DNA from: Bispira polyomma
Lineage: Eukaryota
Assembly: GCA_965649765.1 (NCBI GenBank)
Contig: OZ287752.1
Coordinates: 53,630,001 to 53,694,000 of the forward strand
Length of the DNA: 64,000 nucleotides
Direction of reading: 5' to 3'
This document shows positions 24,701-35,419 of this stretch, in pieces (positions within the stretch are counted from its first letter, which is position 1; every line of letters begins with the position of its first letter). A model generated the notes under the pieces. That model ran no database searches. It was not told the origin of the DNA and saw only the letters and a program-made list of their open reading frames with translations. A program made the position numbers and the translations under genes.

Positions 24701-26925
24701 TGAAGACATCATACAGATCAAGTATACATCAAACTGGTTATATATGCATCATAATATATGTAAAAATAGAACCTCAAACTACATCTTTTACTGTAAAAAT
24801 TTTACCCTTAGACCTCTATCGCTAATCTCACCATCAGTGGACTGTGCACAAGAGGATCCCTTTAGGGGATTGCTAGTTCAGTCTACACCCATTAGCGAAT
24901 GTAATCATATAACTCATTTTATATCTATCCCTTTATTAACCAATCACATCAATTATCACCTGTGACCTCTACCTTTGATGTGCTATCCTTCATATTGCAT
25001 TCTGAACTCCACCAATTACATGCTTTATTTTGTGGTTTGCAGCCATACCATATTCAAATTTGGACTCCCTTATCTTGGGCGATCACAATGTAATACCTCT
25101 GTTCCACTATGCCAAACATGGCCCCCAATTGTTACGATTGTAAGATCGGAGCAATTATCGGGGGGTTCTAATGACTTTTCATTCCAATCGGGGAGGTCAC
25201 AGAGGTTTTCAAACATGTTTTGAGTCAGTGACTGACAATCTCAGATACCAGAACATAGACACTCCTGATCAGATCTCACCTCTTAATCCAGATGCACAGT
25301 AAACGAATTCCACCCTGAACACTCCAACCGAAGCTGTTCCAAGCAGCCAGCACCAGCAGCAACCACCAAGGTGTAGATACCAACCTCTCTTCCTCCTCCT
25401 CCTCCTCCTCCTGAGGTTTCTTCTTGGCTCAGTCTTAGGTGTAGACTCAAACTTGGTAGTTTTTCCAGGGCACTGCCCCCTCTTTGGTGAAATATTGCAT
25501 GAGTAGCTCTCTCTGTTCTTTTGCTGCCCTGCTGGGATTTCTACAGTTGGGTGGGTTGTTTCTTCCTACACGTGCTGCTATTGGTGGAACAGGTGAGTCA
25601 TCTTCTGGATTACCTGGATTAGCCATGTTGATAGCTACGGTCCTCAGTACATTGAGCAGGACCACACATGCTAAAGCTATGGTGGCCACCACTGATCGTT
25701 CCTGAATCCAGAGACCATTGACTTATCTTTAGCAATCGGGGAGGTCAGGAGCAAAAAAAATGTTGTCCTGACAACTAATCGGACCGATCAATCGTAATGC
25801 TAACAACTTATCGGGCGGTTATATGACTTATCTTACAGGTCGTGGTGATGCATATTCCCTCCATTTTTTCAAAAGATCGTTGGAAAATGCCAAAGATTGC
25901 TCACAATCATATTATCATATAATGCCCACCATTCGTGATAGTGTAACAGCACAGAAACGTTGAATTATTTAAAATATAAACAGCCCAGACAATATGCTGC
26001 TGCTCCCTCTCAGCTTTGTTTTAAGCATGTGCTACTTATTGCCTCTGGAATGTTTATATTTGACATTCTAAGGAATCCAAAGAATGCTGTGAGAAAAATT
26101 CATCTAAAGAGAGCAGGTTCCTTAGGAGAGAGCAAGGTTGTGATATTCTCAATAGCTGGTGGTCATTGAACACATCTTTTGGTGATGGCTTAAACGATAA
26201 CTCATGAATATTCTGTTATTCTGAACCAGGAATTCTAAAAAATACTATAACTGAATGGATTGTGATGTCCAGGGGACTCACATAGTAAATAAATGAAAAA
26301 AAAAGGTTTAAACTTGGTCCCTGTATACTTTAGTGGTTAAAGGTCGTAGTGTGGAATATTTTCAAAGCTGCCAGAGCCAGTGAAGCAGACACAGTAGTAT
26401 AACCTACAATTATACAGTGTAGTCAAGGTTAAAATATTTAAGTGGAATATGTCTAAATGTGAGGTTGTCTAGAGTTCCAACTATGTCTTCTAAGACATGG
26501 AGTAGGTGAAAAAAATGTGGTGGTGTTAGTGGTGTGCCGTTGCTACCCGTTTTCTCTTCTACTTTTTGAAGCCATTTAGTGATTTAGTTTTTAAATGCTT
26601 CTAAGAGACGCAAAATGGAGAGCATTTCTGAGAAGTTTTGCTGTTCTAACTCAGAAGTGAGATTACCTGTAGCTTGAGTTTGTACAGTGGTTGGGGATCT
26701 TCTTGATATTCAGCAATATTTGGCATCACAAACAAAAATATAAGTCAAAATATGGTCCAACAATCTTAATTGATATAATTATTATATACTCATTCTCAAT
26801 GCATCTTGGAAATATAGTATAAGGCGTTTGGAAATACAAGTGCAGGGTTTTGGTAAAATAAATATGAACTTACCTATTTGTACAAGTGAACAAATTACAT
26901 ATCCTGCGAAGAATGTGCTCTTCAT
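9549..26925 (-). CDS. Gene A: IgSF receptor, SP + 7 Ig + 2 FN3 + TM + ITIM/ITSM-bearing tail (nephrin/hemicentin-like architecture), ~1197 aa, 20 exons
   Basis: Exons (minus): 26874-26925, 23697-24056, 23124-23402, 22638-22758, 22067-22215, 20872-21144, 20389-20685, 19869-20240, 19487-19753, 18820-19161, 18143-18457, 17917-18039, 17659-17686, 17496-17551, 17252-17308, 11766-11810, 11591-11656, 11215-11289, 10701-10789, 9549-9776. All have AG acceptors and GT donors (one GC), phases chain correctly, total 3594 nt, no internal stops seen. Confidence 0.88.
10701..10789 (-). CDS. Gene A tail exon (NPYDDV, KPTIAAKPK)
   Basis: tgtgcag|GT GAC AAT CCA TAT GAT GAT GTT...CGG|gtatgt. Confidence 0.8.
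10863..11171. mobile_element. PIF/Harbinger (Tourist-like) MITE
   Basis: ~24-bp TIR (core CTGGTCACACCTACACGTGCT) with 3-bp TSD CTA/CTA; same family as 34006-34616. Confidence 0.8.
11215..11289 (-). CDS. Gene A tail exon (DAYAQVDKK)
   Basis: gtacag|GT GAT GCT TAT GCC CAG GTT...ACA G|gtatgt; 75 nt, phase 1-1. Confidence 0.8.
11591..11656 (-). CDS. Gene A tail exon (ITIM VTYAEV)
   Basis: ttttttacag|AT ACT GCA GCT GTC ACA TAT GCT GAG GTT...GCG G|gtactg; 66 nt, phase 1-1. Confidence 0.8.
11766..11810 (-). CDS. Gene A tail exon remnant interrupted by Harbinger (DVDKKPSEYTIKATS)
   Basis: Paralogous to exon 17252-17308. Donor CAG|gtatca intact; original acceptor stranded at 17111-17112. Confidence 0.55.
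12463..13370 (+). pseudogene. Harbinger Myb/SANT-like (MADF) DNA-binding protein, disrupted
   Basis: EEAVVEFVKDNKVLYHKRHKQFKDRFLKERLWEDLA...VKTWFESQCTR..KKSGQGA; in-frame stops and frameshift. Confidence 0.8.
12615..12761 (+). repeat. 21-bp minisatellite x7 (GGGATTGATGGAATCGTGCCA), coding GLMES(C/S)Q
   Basis: Seven adjacent units, in frame within the MADF ORF. Confidence 0.92.
13368..13632 (+). mobile_element. 3' fragment of an LTR nested in the Harbinger
   Basis: Reverse-complement match to 54626-54882; ends ...GTGACCGTAACA; contains AATAAA. Confidence 0.7.
13891..14120. repeat. ~110-bp tandem repeat, ~2.2 copies, inside the Harbinger
   Basis: AAACAAACAGAT..CAATTCACACATAC..ATATCATTGGCCC..ATATTAGCC repeated. 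Confidence 0.8.
15697..16440 (-). pseudogene. Harbinger DDE transposase (HARBI1-like), disrupted
   Basis: HLATSESYSSLLYQFRVGKSSI, CIDGKHVAI, DDAFALKSWLMKPY, NYRISR..NAFGILVSRF, GTVPWQ; frameshifts and an internal deletion. Confidence 0.85.
17252..17308 (-). CDS. Gene A tail exon (GYADVDQK)
   Basis: tactacaag|GG TAT GCA GAT GTT...GCA G|gtatag; 57 nt. Confidence 0.75.
17496..17551 (-). CDS. Gene A tail exon (DKASGEENAGFDDAFAMS)
   Basis: tttttag|A GAC...TCA G|gtagct; phase 2-1. Confidence 0.7.
17659..17686 (-). CDS. Gene A 28-nt micro-exon (QERLNSGV)
   Basis: tttacag|GG CAA...CC|gtaagt; phase 1-2 bridges its neighbours. Confidence 0.7.
17917..18039 (-). CDS. Gene A transmembrane exon (IGAIIGPLIAILVIIVVVGLVVF-HRNK)
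   Basis: Hydrophobic stretch followed by basic residues; GC donor AAG|gcaagt. Confidence 0.85.
18143..18457 (-). CDS. Gene A FN3 domain 2
   Basis: PDIKNVQIDSISSSEMIITW...SYSVSVQVY; canonical splice sites. Confidence 0.85.
18820..19161 (-). CDS. Gene A FN3 domain 1
   Basis: PAESPTDL..TSSSLTVQW..LQPHTEYCIRIHGEN. Confidence 0.9.
19487..19753 (-). CDS. Gene A Ig7
   Basis: LQCPVCANPMPNYQWYFNG...FGFYYCEVNNTVG. Confidence 0.9.
19869..20240 (-). CDS. Gene A Ig6 (atypical)
   Basis: FNLSCV...YDSVYQCVA; canonical splice sites. Confidence 0.88.
20389..20685 (-). CDS. Gene A Ig5
   Basis: YTLYCDL..GVPDASWIAW..ESGIYHCIAGNFIG. Confidence 0.88.
20872..21144 (-). CDS. Gene A Ig4
   Basis: EGNPLSLTCYADARP..YGW..DAGMFTCTAEN. 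Confidence 0.9.
22067..22215 (-). CDS. Gene A Ig3 second half
   Basis: HFNG...GNYSCSAVNGI; ccacag| acceptor, |gtaagt donor. Confidence 0.85.
22638..22758 (-). CDS. Gene A Ig3 first half
   Basis: EEEKPLNLLCNVTRQGNPPVYSYVW (TG|G split codon). Confidence 0.85.
23124..23402 (-). CDS. Gene A Ig2 (CD80-like C2-set)
   Basis: TFTCTSMGGFPPAQFEW...RDDNGKNITCIV. Confidence 0.9.
23697..24056 (-). CDS. Gene A Ig1 (V-like, Cys-rich)
   Basis: GDTITLNC..IAW..MSGDWVC; ttttcag| acceptor, |gtaaga donor. Confidence 0.9.
24836..25090 (+). mobile_element. 5' terminal fragment of an Ngaro-like YR element
   Basis: TGCACA..CCCTTTAGGGGATTGCTAGTTCAGTC as at 37585 and 5739; AGCGAATG.AAT and GCTATCCT.CATATTG shared with 5810-5920. 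Confidence 0.55.
25094..25953 (-). mobile_element. Internally deleted PIF/Harbinger derivative in gene A intron 1
   Basis: Transposase C-terminus at 25447-25692 (IALACVVLLNVLR...QRELLMQYFTKEGAVPW); imperfect TIR CTGTT(C/A)CACTAT. Confidence 0.65.
26874..26925 (-). CDS. Gene A signal-peptide exon (MKSTFFAGYVICSLVQIG)
   Basis: ATG...ATA G|gtaagt, phase 1; joins Ig1 to give MKSTFFAGYVICSLVQIGCCS-LTFT. Confidence 0.75.
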
Positions 26926-27370
26926 ATTGTTGAATGGAATGGCATAGGATGGATGTTGTAAAAACTTGTTATATGCTCGGGTATTTCCCATCAATACACC
27001 ATTTAATCATTTAATACGTTAATGTCATCAAGTTAAATCTATTCACAGCTTGACAAATACGAATGCAGATAAGTATAATATACAGATAAGTACATCAGAA
27101 ATGATAACAGTAGAAACAAGAACAGTAATTAAAACATGATGTAGTATGAAAGTTCCCCGTTGCAAATTTACATGAATAATTTCCATGTGAAAAAGCACAT
27201 ATCCTTGTAATAAATTATAAAACAATTGTTTTGGCCTACGAAATAGTATTAGCGCTACAGTAGTGGTGTTTTATTATTGTCTTAACTTATATGGCAGTGT
27301 AGCTCAAAGTTCACAGCGACTTTGATAACACATATTTTCAGTGTACTGCAGTTTTGCCTATAAGGTAAAC
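26926..27370. promoter_or_regulatory. Putative bidirectional promoter between genes A and C, with kappaB-like sites
   Basis: 445 bp between divergent ATGs; GGGTATTTCCC (26979-26989) and GAAAGTTCCCC (27148-27158). TSSs are not visible from sequence. Confidence 0.45.
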
Positions 27371-29306
27371 ATGGATTGTATTAATTTTGGAGCAAAGTAT
27401 ATCTTTGGAGTTTTGTTGTTTTCATACTCTGCAGGTAAATTCATTTTTATATAAGTTTTATTGTCCGTTAATAATATAATTGATATGAAACTGAAATATG
27501 GTTCAGAATAGGATAAGCTTCTAAGCATGTAAGGTAATACATATGAAATCACATTTTATTTTCTTGCTCTATGCATACAGTAGCAGAAGGGCAATATCAA
27601 ATAATATAAAAAAATTGTTCTATAAATTATAGATGGTAGATAATGTACATCTAGACAAAATATTTTTTACTTATTATGTAGAAAAGCTATGTTATTATAT
27701 ACTTGAGTAAATCTGATAAAATACCTTATTCTTAGCACATCTAGTGTGGCCTTTTTGCTTTTCTCTTGAAAGGCATACTTGTCAAGTTTTGCATAATTAA
27801 ACGTTATTTGTACCTCAATTTAGAAATTGTTGTTACACATTTTCTCTATTACACAGTTTGTCAAGAAGTTAGAATCAAAGGAATCCAGAAGCACAATGAA
27901 ACAGCAGTAATATCATGTTATTTTGACAACAAAGTCCCTTATGAAGTTTTTTGGTACTTACAAAGCCAAGAAATGACAAGATATTGTACCATTACTGGAG
28001 GGAGTAAAATATTGATACATTCAAACAACTGTAGTCATTCGGATATTGGGGAAGCAAATTATGAATTTATCATTGACAGTTTGGACATTGGGAGAGACAA
28101 GGATAAAATGTGGCTTTGTCGTTTTGGTTCAACAGATCTTCATCTTAACATCAGTTTTGACGACCGTAAGCAGGATATTTCCACATAAAAATAATGTCTA
28201 GTAATATCACTAGTTATGTATAGGTTACTTATTAAATAGAAATGAATCAGTAATTGATTTAATATTTAGTTGATGTATTTTTGCTGCCTGGTTATAAATG
28301 TCTTAAATAGGGATGTTTTTATGCTATATTATTTTCCCTTGACCAGTGAGTGTATAATTCGCCTTAAGGATTTATTTGCAAAAGTGTCTACCACATATTT
28401 TACACATATACATTTTGTGGTTTTATCTATATATAACCTGAAACAACTATAAATATTAATTATATCGAAACAACCTGAAAATTAAGGAAATATATTTCAG
28501 AGCGTGTGGAAGAAACAAATATTCACCTTGAAATTGATGTTCAAACTGATTATTATAAGGGTGACCCAATTTCCATGGGAGTGAACATAGATTGCGCTTA
28601 TCCACCTCAGCCTGTGATATGGTGCCTCGTTGTTAATGACTATGACAGATCATGTTCAAATGAACCTGATTATTGGAATACATATTTTCAGGCCGAGCCA
28701 GTTATCACTGAAACATTTCGTTCCTGTGAACCGTCTTATGGAACTGACATAGTGAAGTCTCTGGAAAGTAGATTTAATGGAACATTTGCCAATTATGAAA
28801 TGGCAGATACAAGTTTATCATTTGAAATACTGGTAAATGGCATTACTGTCCCAATGGAGTCAAATGGAAAATCGGTTACTGTTAACTTCTGCTGTGGTAA
28901 GTCACAACAACAGACATATTCAAATTTTAAATAAATGTTGAAACCTCTGAGCAACTACAAATTTACAAAATTAGCTTATACAAATGTAGATAAATCGAAA
29001 ATATGTTCAATTTAAACAAATATGGAAGTATAAATTGGTAATATATATTTATAATGTTGCACTCAAATATTATCTTTTACAGTGAGCTTCTCAATCTTCA
29101 TTTATAGCATAATTGTTTAACAACATAATATGGAATGATCTCAAATATATTTTTATTGCAAGTGTTATTATTCATACTCTGTTTCAGATTCCTTATCAGC
29201 TGGGGCTATAGTTGGTATCGTGATTGCTGCATTACTAGTAACAATACTTGTTCCTCTTGGGATATATTGCTTTGTATTCCGCGAGAGCAGTAACCACACA
29301 ACATGA
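27371..29306 (+). CDS. Gene C: small type-I membrane protein, SP + 2 Ig-like domains + TM + 8-aa tail, 295 aa
   Basis: Exons 27371-27434, 27857-28165, 28501-28896, 29188-29306; all GT-AG, phase 1. SP MDCINFGAKYIFGVLLFSYSAVC; D1 ISC..FW..WLC; D2 CAYPPQPVIW; TM AGAIVGIVIAALLVTILVPLGIYCFVF. Confidence 0.88.
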
Positions 29307-29552
29307 ACTGAAGGACAACAGAATATTTGAGACGTAACTGTTATCATTGTCAATATGTTATTGTTTTAAATACATATTCGTTATTACACAAGATTTTTGT
29401 AAGATTGTTGTCACACATAAATGTAATATTATTAATGATTGTTTAGATATGATATGTTAATTTGAATGAATTATCAATGTCGAGCTATTAACAAAAACTT
29501 TAGATTTCAGCTGATATTAGGACTGTTTCTGCTTCTATATAACACACAGTAG

Positions 29553-32333
29553 TGTAATATTTATAATGTCTTTAATAACACATTATAATAAACGAACATA
29601 GATGGTTTTATTGTTCAATATTATAGAGGTCGTGACATCGTGAGTACATATAGTTCACTGTCTGCATATTGATTATATAGCCGTTAATAAGCTACATATA
29701 TTACATCCTTCCCCTCATAGTGAATAACGACAGCATTAGCTTCAATTAACAGTCTCTACTCCATGTATACTCAATTGTTTTAGTTTCTTAATTATCAGCC
29801 CTTGCTAGAGGAGAAATACTATTTAAGAATTTAACATTTACGTGGAAATTAAAGTTAAACTACAACTAAACACTTGGGGGGAGAGGTCACCAGTACTTCA
29901 CCCCCTGAGTCAGTCTTTACCACTGACATCCCTACTACTCAATGGTACTGACTATATTACATGGCGAAATCACTGTGCCATCTTGGTAGTTGGTGAATTC
30001 GAGATGATCTCCTCGGTTCATTGTGGGAGTAATCACCTTAGTTTAAAACTGGTTGAGGTGTTGGTTGCTGGTTATCAGCGCCAGGTCCTGTGTCATCTTC
30101 TTCACTTGTTATCTGAGGTTTTGTGGGTGGCAGATTTGTTTGCATTATGTCCTTTCTGTTACTAGGGTATTTGCTACCGTGTTACTCTCAGGCCTCTTTA
30201 ACTGAACTGCCTGCCCCACTTGTATTGATGGCATGGGCCTTGACTGTCTGTCGTAGTAGAACTTTTGTTGCAATTGTCTCTTGTGAAGTATTGCATTTAT
30301 ATTTTGAGAGCATCTCTAGGAGTTGGGAGAAGTGTTCGACACTGGCGTGACATCAGTAGCTGAGCAGGTGTGTACTGCATTCTGTGACTGGTGTGTTGCG
30401 ATAATCCAGAAGTGCTTCGTTGAGGTCTCAACCCTTTTTTAGTCATTTTTTTGCTAATCCCACTGATTTTTCTGCCGGTCCATTACTTTGAGGGTAATGG
30501 TGGTGAAACCATACTGAGATGCAAAATTTTGAAATTCATATGAATTATATGGGTATGTTGTCTGCAAAAAGTTTTTCTGGGATTCCATGGACTGCAAATA
30601 CTTTCATCAATATTTGTATAACATGGCTGTTTTGTTTTTAAGCTCAGCCACCTCAAGGAATTTTGAGTAGTAATCTGTTATGACTATGTAGTTTTGACCT
30701 TTTAGTTCAAAAAGATCACTGCAAATGTACTGCCATGGTAACCTTGATAGCTCTCTGAGCATCATTGGTTGTTTAGGCTGACTGTATTGGAGACGAAGAC
30801 ATTTATTGCATTTTGATATAATATTGTAGATGACTTTGTCCATGCCTGGCCAGTATAGTGACATTCTAGCCTGATTCTTTGTTGTTTTTTTTTTTTAATT
30901 CATGCATGACTGACATGTAAAAGTGAAAGTATCTCCTAGACCCATTCATCAGGTATAACAATTCGGTCTTGCATGAATAGGACTCCATCCCCGGCATGAT
31001 TGTTGTTCTTCCTATACCAAAACTGTAATAGTTCACAAGGTACAGATTTCTTAGATGCTGGCCACCCATAATATAAGTATTGGTGTATCTGTTTTAGTTT
31101 AGTGTCAGTCTGATTGATGCTTTTAAGCCTCTCAAGTCTATCTTGAGAAATCGGGGGATTAGAAATCAGTGTGTGTATTATCATATTTGCATCATCCTCT
31201 ATTTCTTTATCGTCAAACTGGGCATCTTCTATTGGTGCTCGCAACAGGGCATCTGCGGCTCTGACTTCCTTTCAAGGTACCCATTTAATTTCAGTTCTAT
31301 ATTTCCGTAGTCGTAGCAGTAGTCATTGTAGTCTTGGTGGTGCTTTGTTGATTGGCTTTTTGGCAATGGTTTCCAGTGGTTTGTGGACACTGTGGATCAG
31401 AATATCCCGGCCATAAGCGTACTGATGGAAACCTATACAGGAACTAATGTTCATTAACCTACAAAGCACCCAATGTTGACAGGCCTGGAACCCATACAGG
31501 AACTAGTGATCATTTTCCTACAAAGCCCAAGAGGGTAAAAAGTGGGGTATTTCATTCAGTGTCACTTCCAGGACTGACATCTAGTGCTGTCAACACTCTA
31601 ACCCCCAAATATTTAAATAGTTGTCTTCAGGTTTAGATAGTGTCCTTGAGGCATAGGCAATTGGGGTATCGCCCTGTAAAAGGCAAGCACCTAATCCCTG
31701 AGTTGACGCATCAACTTGTATGCAGACTGCTTTATCATTGTCAAAAAATTATAAAACTGGTCTCTCACTTATTATTTTACAGAGCTTTTGAAATGCTGTT
31801 TCTTGTTCATGGTTCCATGAAAATGTTACATCATTTTAACAATGTACGTAGTGGTTGTGTTATCTTGAAATGTTATTGATGAACCTAGCCAGGAAATTTG
31901 TCATACCCAACAGTCTTTGTACAGCTTCTTTATCATTTGGTGGTGCAGGCTGCTCCTGTGTCGATTTTGAATACGGTTTTTTGTTAAGTGTACCCTTGCT
32001 AAAAATCATGCTGGAGATATCATCAATAGTGAGGTCATCCAGAAAAATGTCTTCATCAATTAATTGTTGTTTGATCTAGTTTACTTCATATCCGTATGAC
32101 ACTGTTTGGGGAAGTGGTTCTTTTTACCACATTTATGGCATTGAGATCCTCATGCACGACAGTTGGCTCGATCATGATTTCGGCCACAGCGTTGGAAGTT
32201 TTTTTCTTCTTTTCTTGGTATCTTGTGTGTCTTTCCACAATATAATAAACTAACATAGATGGTTTTATTGTTCAATATAATACAGTTCGTGACATTGCGG
32301 GTACATATAGTTCACTGTCTGCATATTGATTAT
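29553..32333 (-). mobile_element. Ty3/Gypsy LTR retrotransposon remnant (deleted, degenerate)
   Basis: 153-bp 3' LTR at 29553-29705 (TGTAATAT...ATATTACA) with PPT GAGGGGAAGGA; partial 5' LTR ~32237-32333; RT/RNase H (QVDASTQGLGACL, PIAYASRTL, APPRLQ) and integrase (YWPGM, PWQYICSDLFE) fragments. Confidence 0.9.
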
Positions 32334-33429
32334 TTGTCTATCAGTTGGGTTATCTAGGTAGTGGGTGGTCGAGACCATAATTAAGCTTCACAGATTACTA
32401 ATAGGGCAACGTGTTTAAAGATTGGTAATTAAGCCCCTTACTTGTCTTCTTTCACCAGGACTAGCAGTCTAACATATCGCTGCTTTATATGAGTGGGGTA
32501 AATGAAAATAATGAAAACATACCTTTTCAGGCTTGCTAGCCTTGACCACAGACAAGCACATTTTGGGTGATAACCTTTTCCCCAAACAGACTATGCTTTT
32601 TTGATAATCAGAGCAATTGGTAATGTTTTATTAATTTGGGATTTCTACAAGTCCTTCAATGAAATCATGTATAGTATATATGCTTTAGATATTCACAAAT
32701 GTTTGGATACAAGCAAACTCAAGCTTAGTTTATCCAGATATGGAAAAAGTTTTTTCTTTAAAATGCTAGGCCCTCCTTGTCACCTAATGATAAAACAAGG
32801 AATGTGGTTATCTTATTTGTTACCAACGTCTCTTCCTGTAATGTGTCAGTGTCATCTGTAGATCTTATTTAAAACCATATATATCTTTGCCAAAAATAAA
32901 GCTTCTTACCAGAATCAGGGCAGCAGTCCTGAAATTGTCCATATAAGTATAGGTATCATTCTCGTTTTGGAAGTTTAAATGGGAAGTTAATATCCTAGAA
33001 AACTGCACTGTATTCAACAGTCCAAAAGGTCAAGGTCGTGAATTCAGGAAAAAAAACATACAATGCAAAGCATCTATTTTATTATTATCTTCAATAATAC
33101 TTGAGAAAAATTAAAACACACATAATAATAAACTATTTTATACCTACATAAAGCCCCCAAGGGATTGATGTGTAGAACCTCATGTACCATCCCAGAGGGA
33201 TAAGGATACACAGCAATAAATTTAGATCCACCCATTATGGTGATTCATAAAACCAATATTTCAACTGAAACATAACAAATGTGGAGACAACACAGCCTTG
33301 ACTGGACTGACAAACTGGGCACGCAAATACCCAACATCCACAGTCCATAAGGTCAAGGTCATGGAGTCAGTAATGAACACATAGTATGCGAAGCATCTAG
33401 TGTATTATTATTTTCCATGGACATAGCAA

Positions 33430-34002
33430 GGTCGTAGATAAGCAAAGGTTGCTAGGTGATCAGTGACCCAGACTTTACTAATCAGATTGGAATTTGGTCG
33501 GGCAATTACTAGATCAAGTATGTGATTGTGAAGGTGGGTAGAACTAAAGATGAACTGTAAAATATTAAAAGTGTTAAGGAGGCAGTTGAAGTCTTTTGTA
33601 GCCGTGTTTTTATGTCGACATTGATGTCACCAAGGACTACAGCTTTGAATGGGAGAAAGTTGAGGTCTCAAGGAATTCAGAGAATTCTTGAATAAAGGTG
33701 GCTAAAGAGGGGATGGGTGATCGGTAAAAAAATGAAACCAGGAATGACTGATAACCATTTGAAATTTTGCGTGTGATGGAATCAAAAGACTAATAATTTG
33801 TTACTAATATGCCTACTTCCCCTCCGCATTTTTGGTGAACTAGGAAAGTGAAAAAAATTGTAACCTAGATTAGTTATATCAGACAAGAAAAATGCGGTAT
33901 CCCTGCTACTGAATCACATCTTGGAGACTGCAACAACATCCAGATCCTTGGCTGTGATCAAGTTAATGACTGTAGGTGCCTTGTTCCACAAAAATCAGAC
34001 GT
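33430..34002 (-). mobile_element. CR1/L2-type LINE endonuclease fragment
   Basis: Minus-strand translation WNKAPTVINLITAKDLDVVAV, VVLGDINVD, DLVIARP; many stops. Confidence 0.65.
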
Positions 34003-34005
34003 TAA

Positions 34006-34616
34006 TGTCCTGATCACACCTACACATTCTAGAGCTTCGTTTGTGTCATGTTCTGTAAATTTTGGAAATGTTTTGAAACTTACTAAAAAGGGGGGATCCC
34101 TTCTATGATAGTCTTGTTACATTGTGCGATGGATAATATCGTTTCAGAAACGTCCCCATTTTGCCTTCTGCGTGTAGTGTATCAAACTGTTTAAAACACT
34201 ACAGTCACAGCTCCCGTTTCTCCCGGTTTCTCTGTTCATCCCCGACCGTTTCTGAAAGTAGCATAGATGTATCAGTAAGTAGCTATATGTAGTAGTAGGT
34301 AGCGAGGAAGTCTCAGTCAGTAGTGAGATCGTCTCTGTTAGTGGAGAAAGTTTCACTAAGTAGCAGAAGGCAGCAGAACACAGCCGTAAGTAGCAGTACA
34401 TTAGCTCTACGTAGTAGTAGGTAATGATATCCTACCAGTAAAGAGTCCGTTTTTTGCCCCTCTTTGTGTGTACAAGTACCAACATCGTCACGAAACATCA
34501 CAAAACGTCACAATCGACTACCCCTTTATGGAAATGATGTCACTTTGATTCAATACTACCACGTTTTCAGTGTCTATTGCTTAGGTACGTTCGCACGTGT
34601 AGGTGTGACCAGGCCA
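34006..34616. mobile_element. PIF/Harbinger (Tourist-like) MITE
   Basis: TIR TG(G/T)CCTG(G/A)TCACACCTACAC with TAA/TAA TSD; subterminal sequence homologous (inverted) to 10863-11020. Confidence 0.85.
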
Positions 34617-35419
34617 TAAACACCCTGATCTTTGACTTAGATGCTCAAGGCCCCGGATTGATGCTGAAGTCTCCCCAGAGAGCGATCAGTAGGGGGATCT
34701 AGAGGCTACTAACACAGGAGTTTGGTCGTCGAGTTGTGTGCATATGAAAACCCGAAAGTGCGGATGAGCATAATTCATATTGGTATGGAAAAAGCCAGTG
34801 GGAAGGACATGAGTTCCATGAATGTATTCTGATAATGGCTAGAATGAAGCAGAGTAACAGTACCCTAAGCTAAAAAAAATGTAAGAGAGAAATATGTACC
34901 AGTGATTAAATATGACAGTAAAATAGAACCTAAAACGAAAAACGAATACCAAAAATTGTAAAAGTGGGCAATTATATAATACCCTGGGATGGATATGTCT
35001 AAAAAGTGAGAAAAACGCCCAGTGAAACATAAAACAGATATAAAAACAAGGAATATGTATTATTGTAGAGATAAAGTGTTGTGAGAGCAGTAGCAGAAAG
35101 GTTGTTTATTTCTAGAAACGGTAACTTTAAAAGTGACTTTCCTAGAAACACACCATATATATTATGTACATTCAATAATACTTGACAATGAACTTAAAAA
35201 ATAATTAAAACACAAATAATAATACACTATTCTATACCTACATAAAACTCCCCAAGGAATTGGTGTGCTTGGCACAATCACCATCCTGGAGAGATAAGGG
35301 CACACACCCATAAATTTTAATCATAAAATCATTATTTCAACTAAATGATATAAAATATAAATTCCACCTACACCCATACACATACATGCATGTACATATA
35401 TGAATAAATCTACTCAATT

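Larger units (their letters stand above)
33090..35345. repeat. Diverged ~180-bp direct repeat pair (33090-33270 and 35171-35345)
   Basis: TCAATAATACTTGA..ATTAAAACACA..TATACCTACATAAA..CCCCAAGG.ATTG.TGTG..GATAAGG shared. Confidence 0.6.

Noticed and set aside
9549-26925. Assigning a gene symbol (nephrin/NPHS1, hemicentin, DSCAM) to gene A
   Set aside because: Architecture is only similar; domain count and Cys-rich Ig1 differ and orthology cannot be shown without a search.
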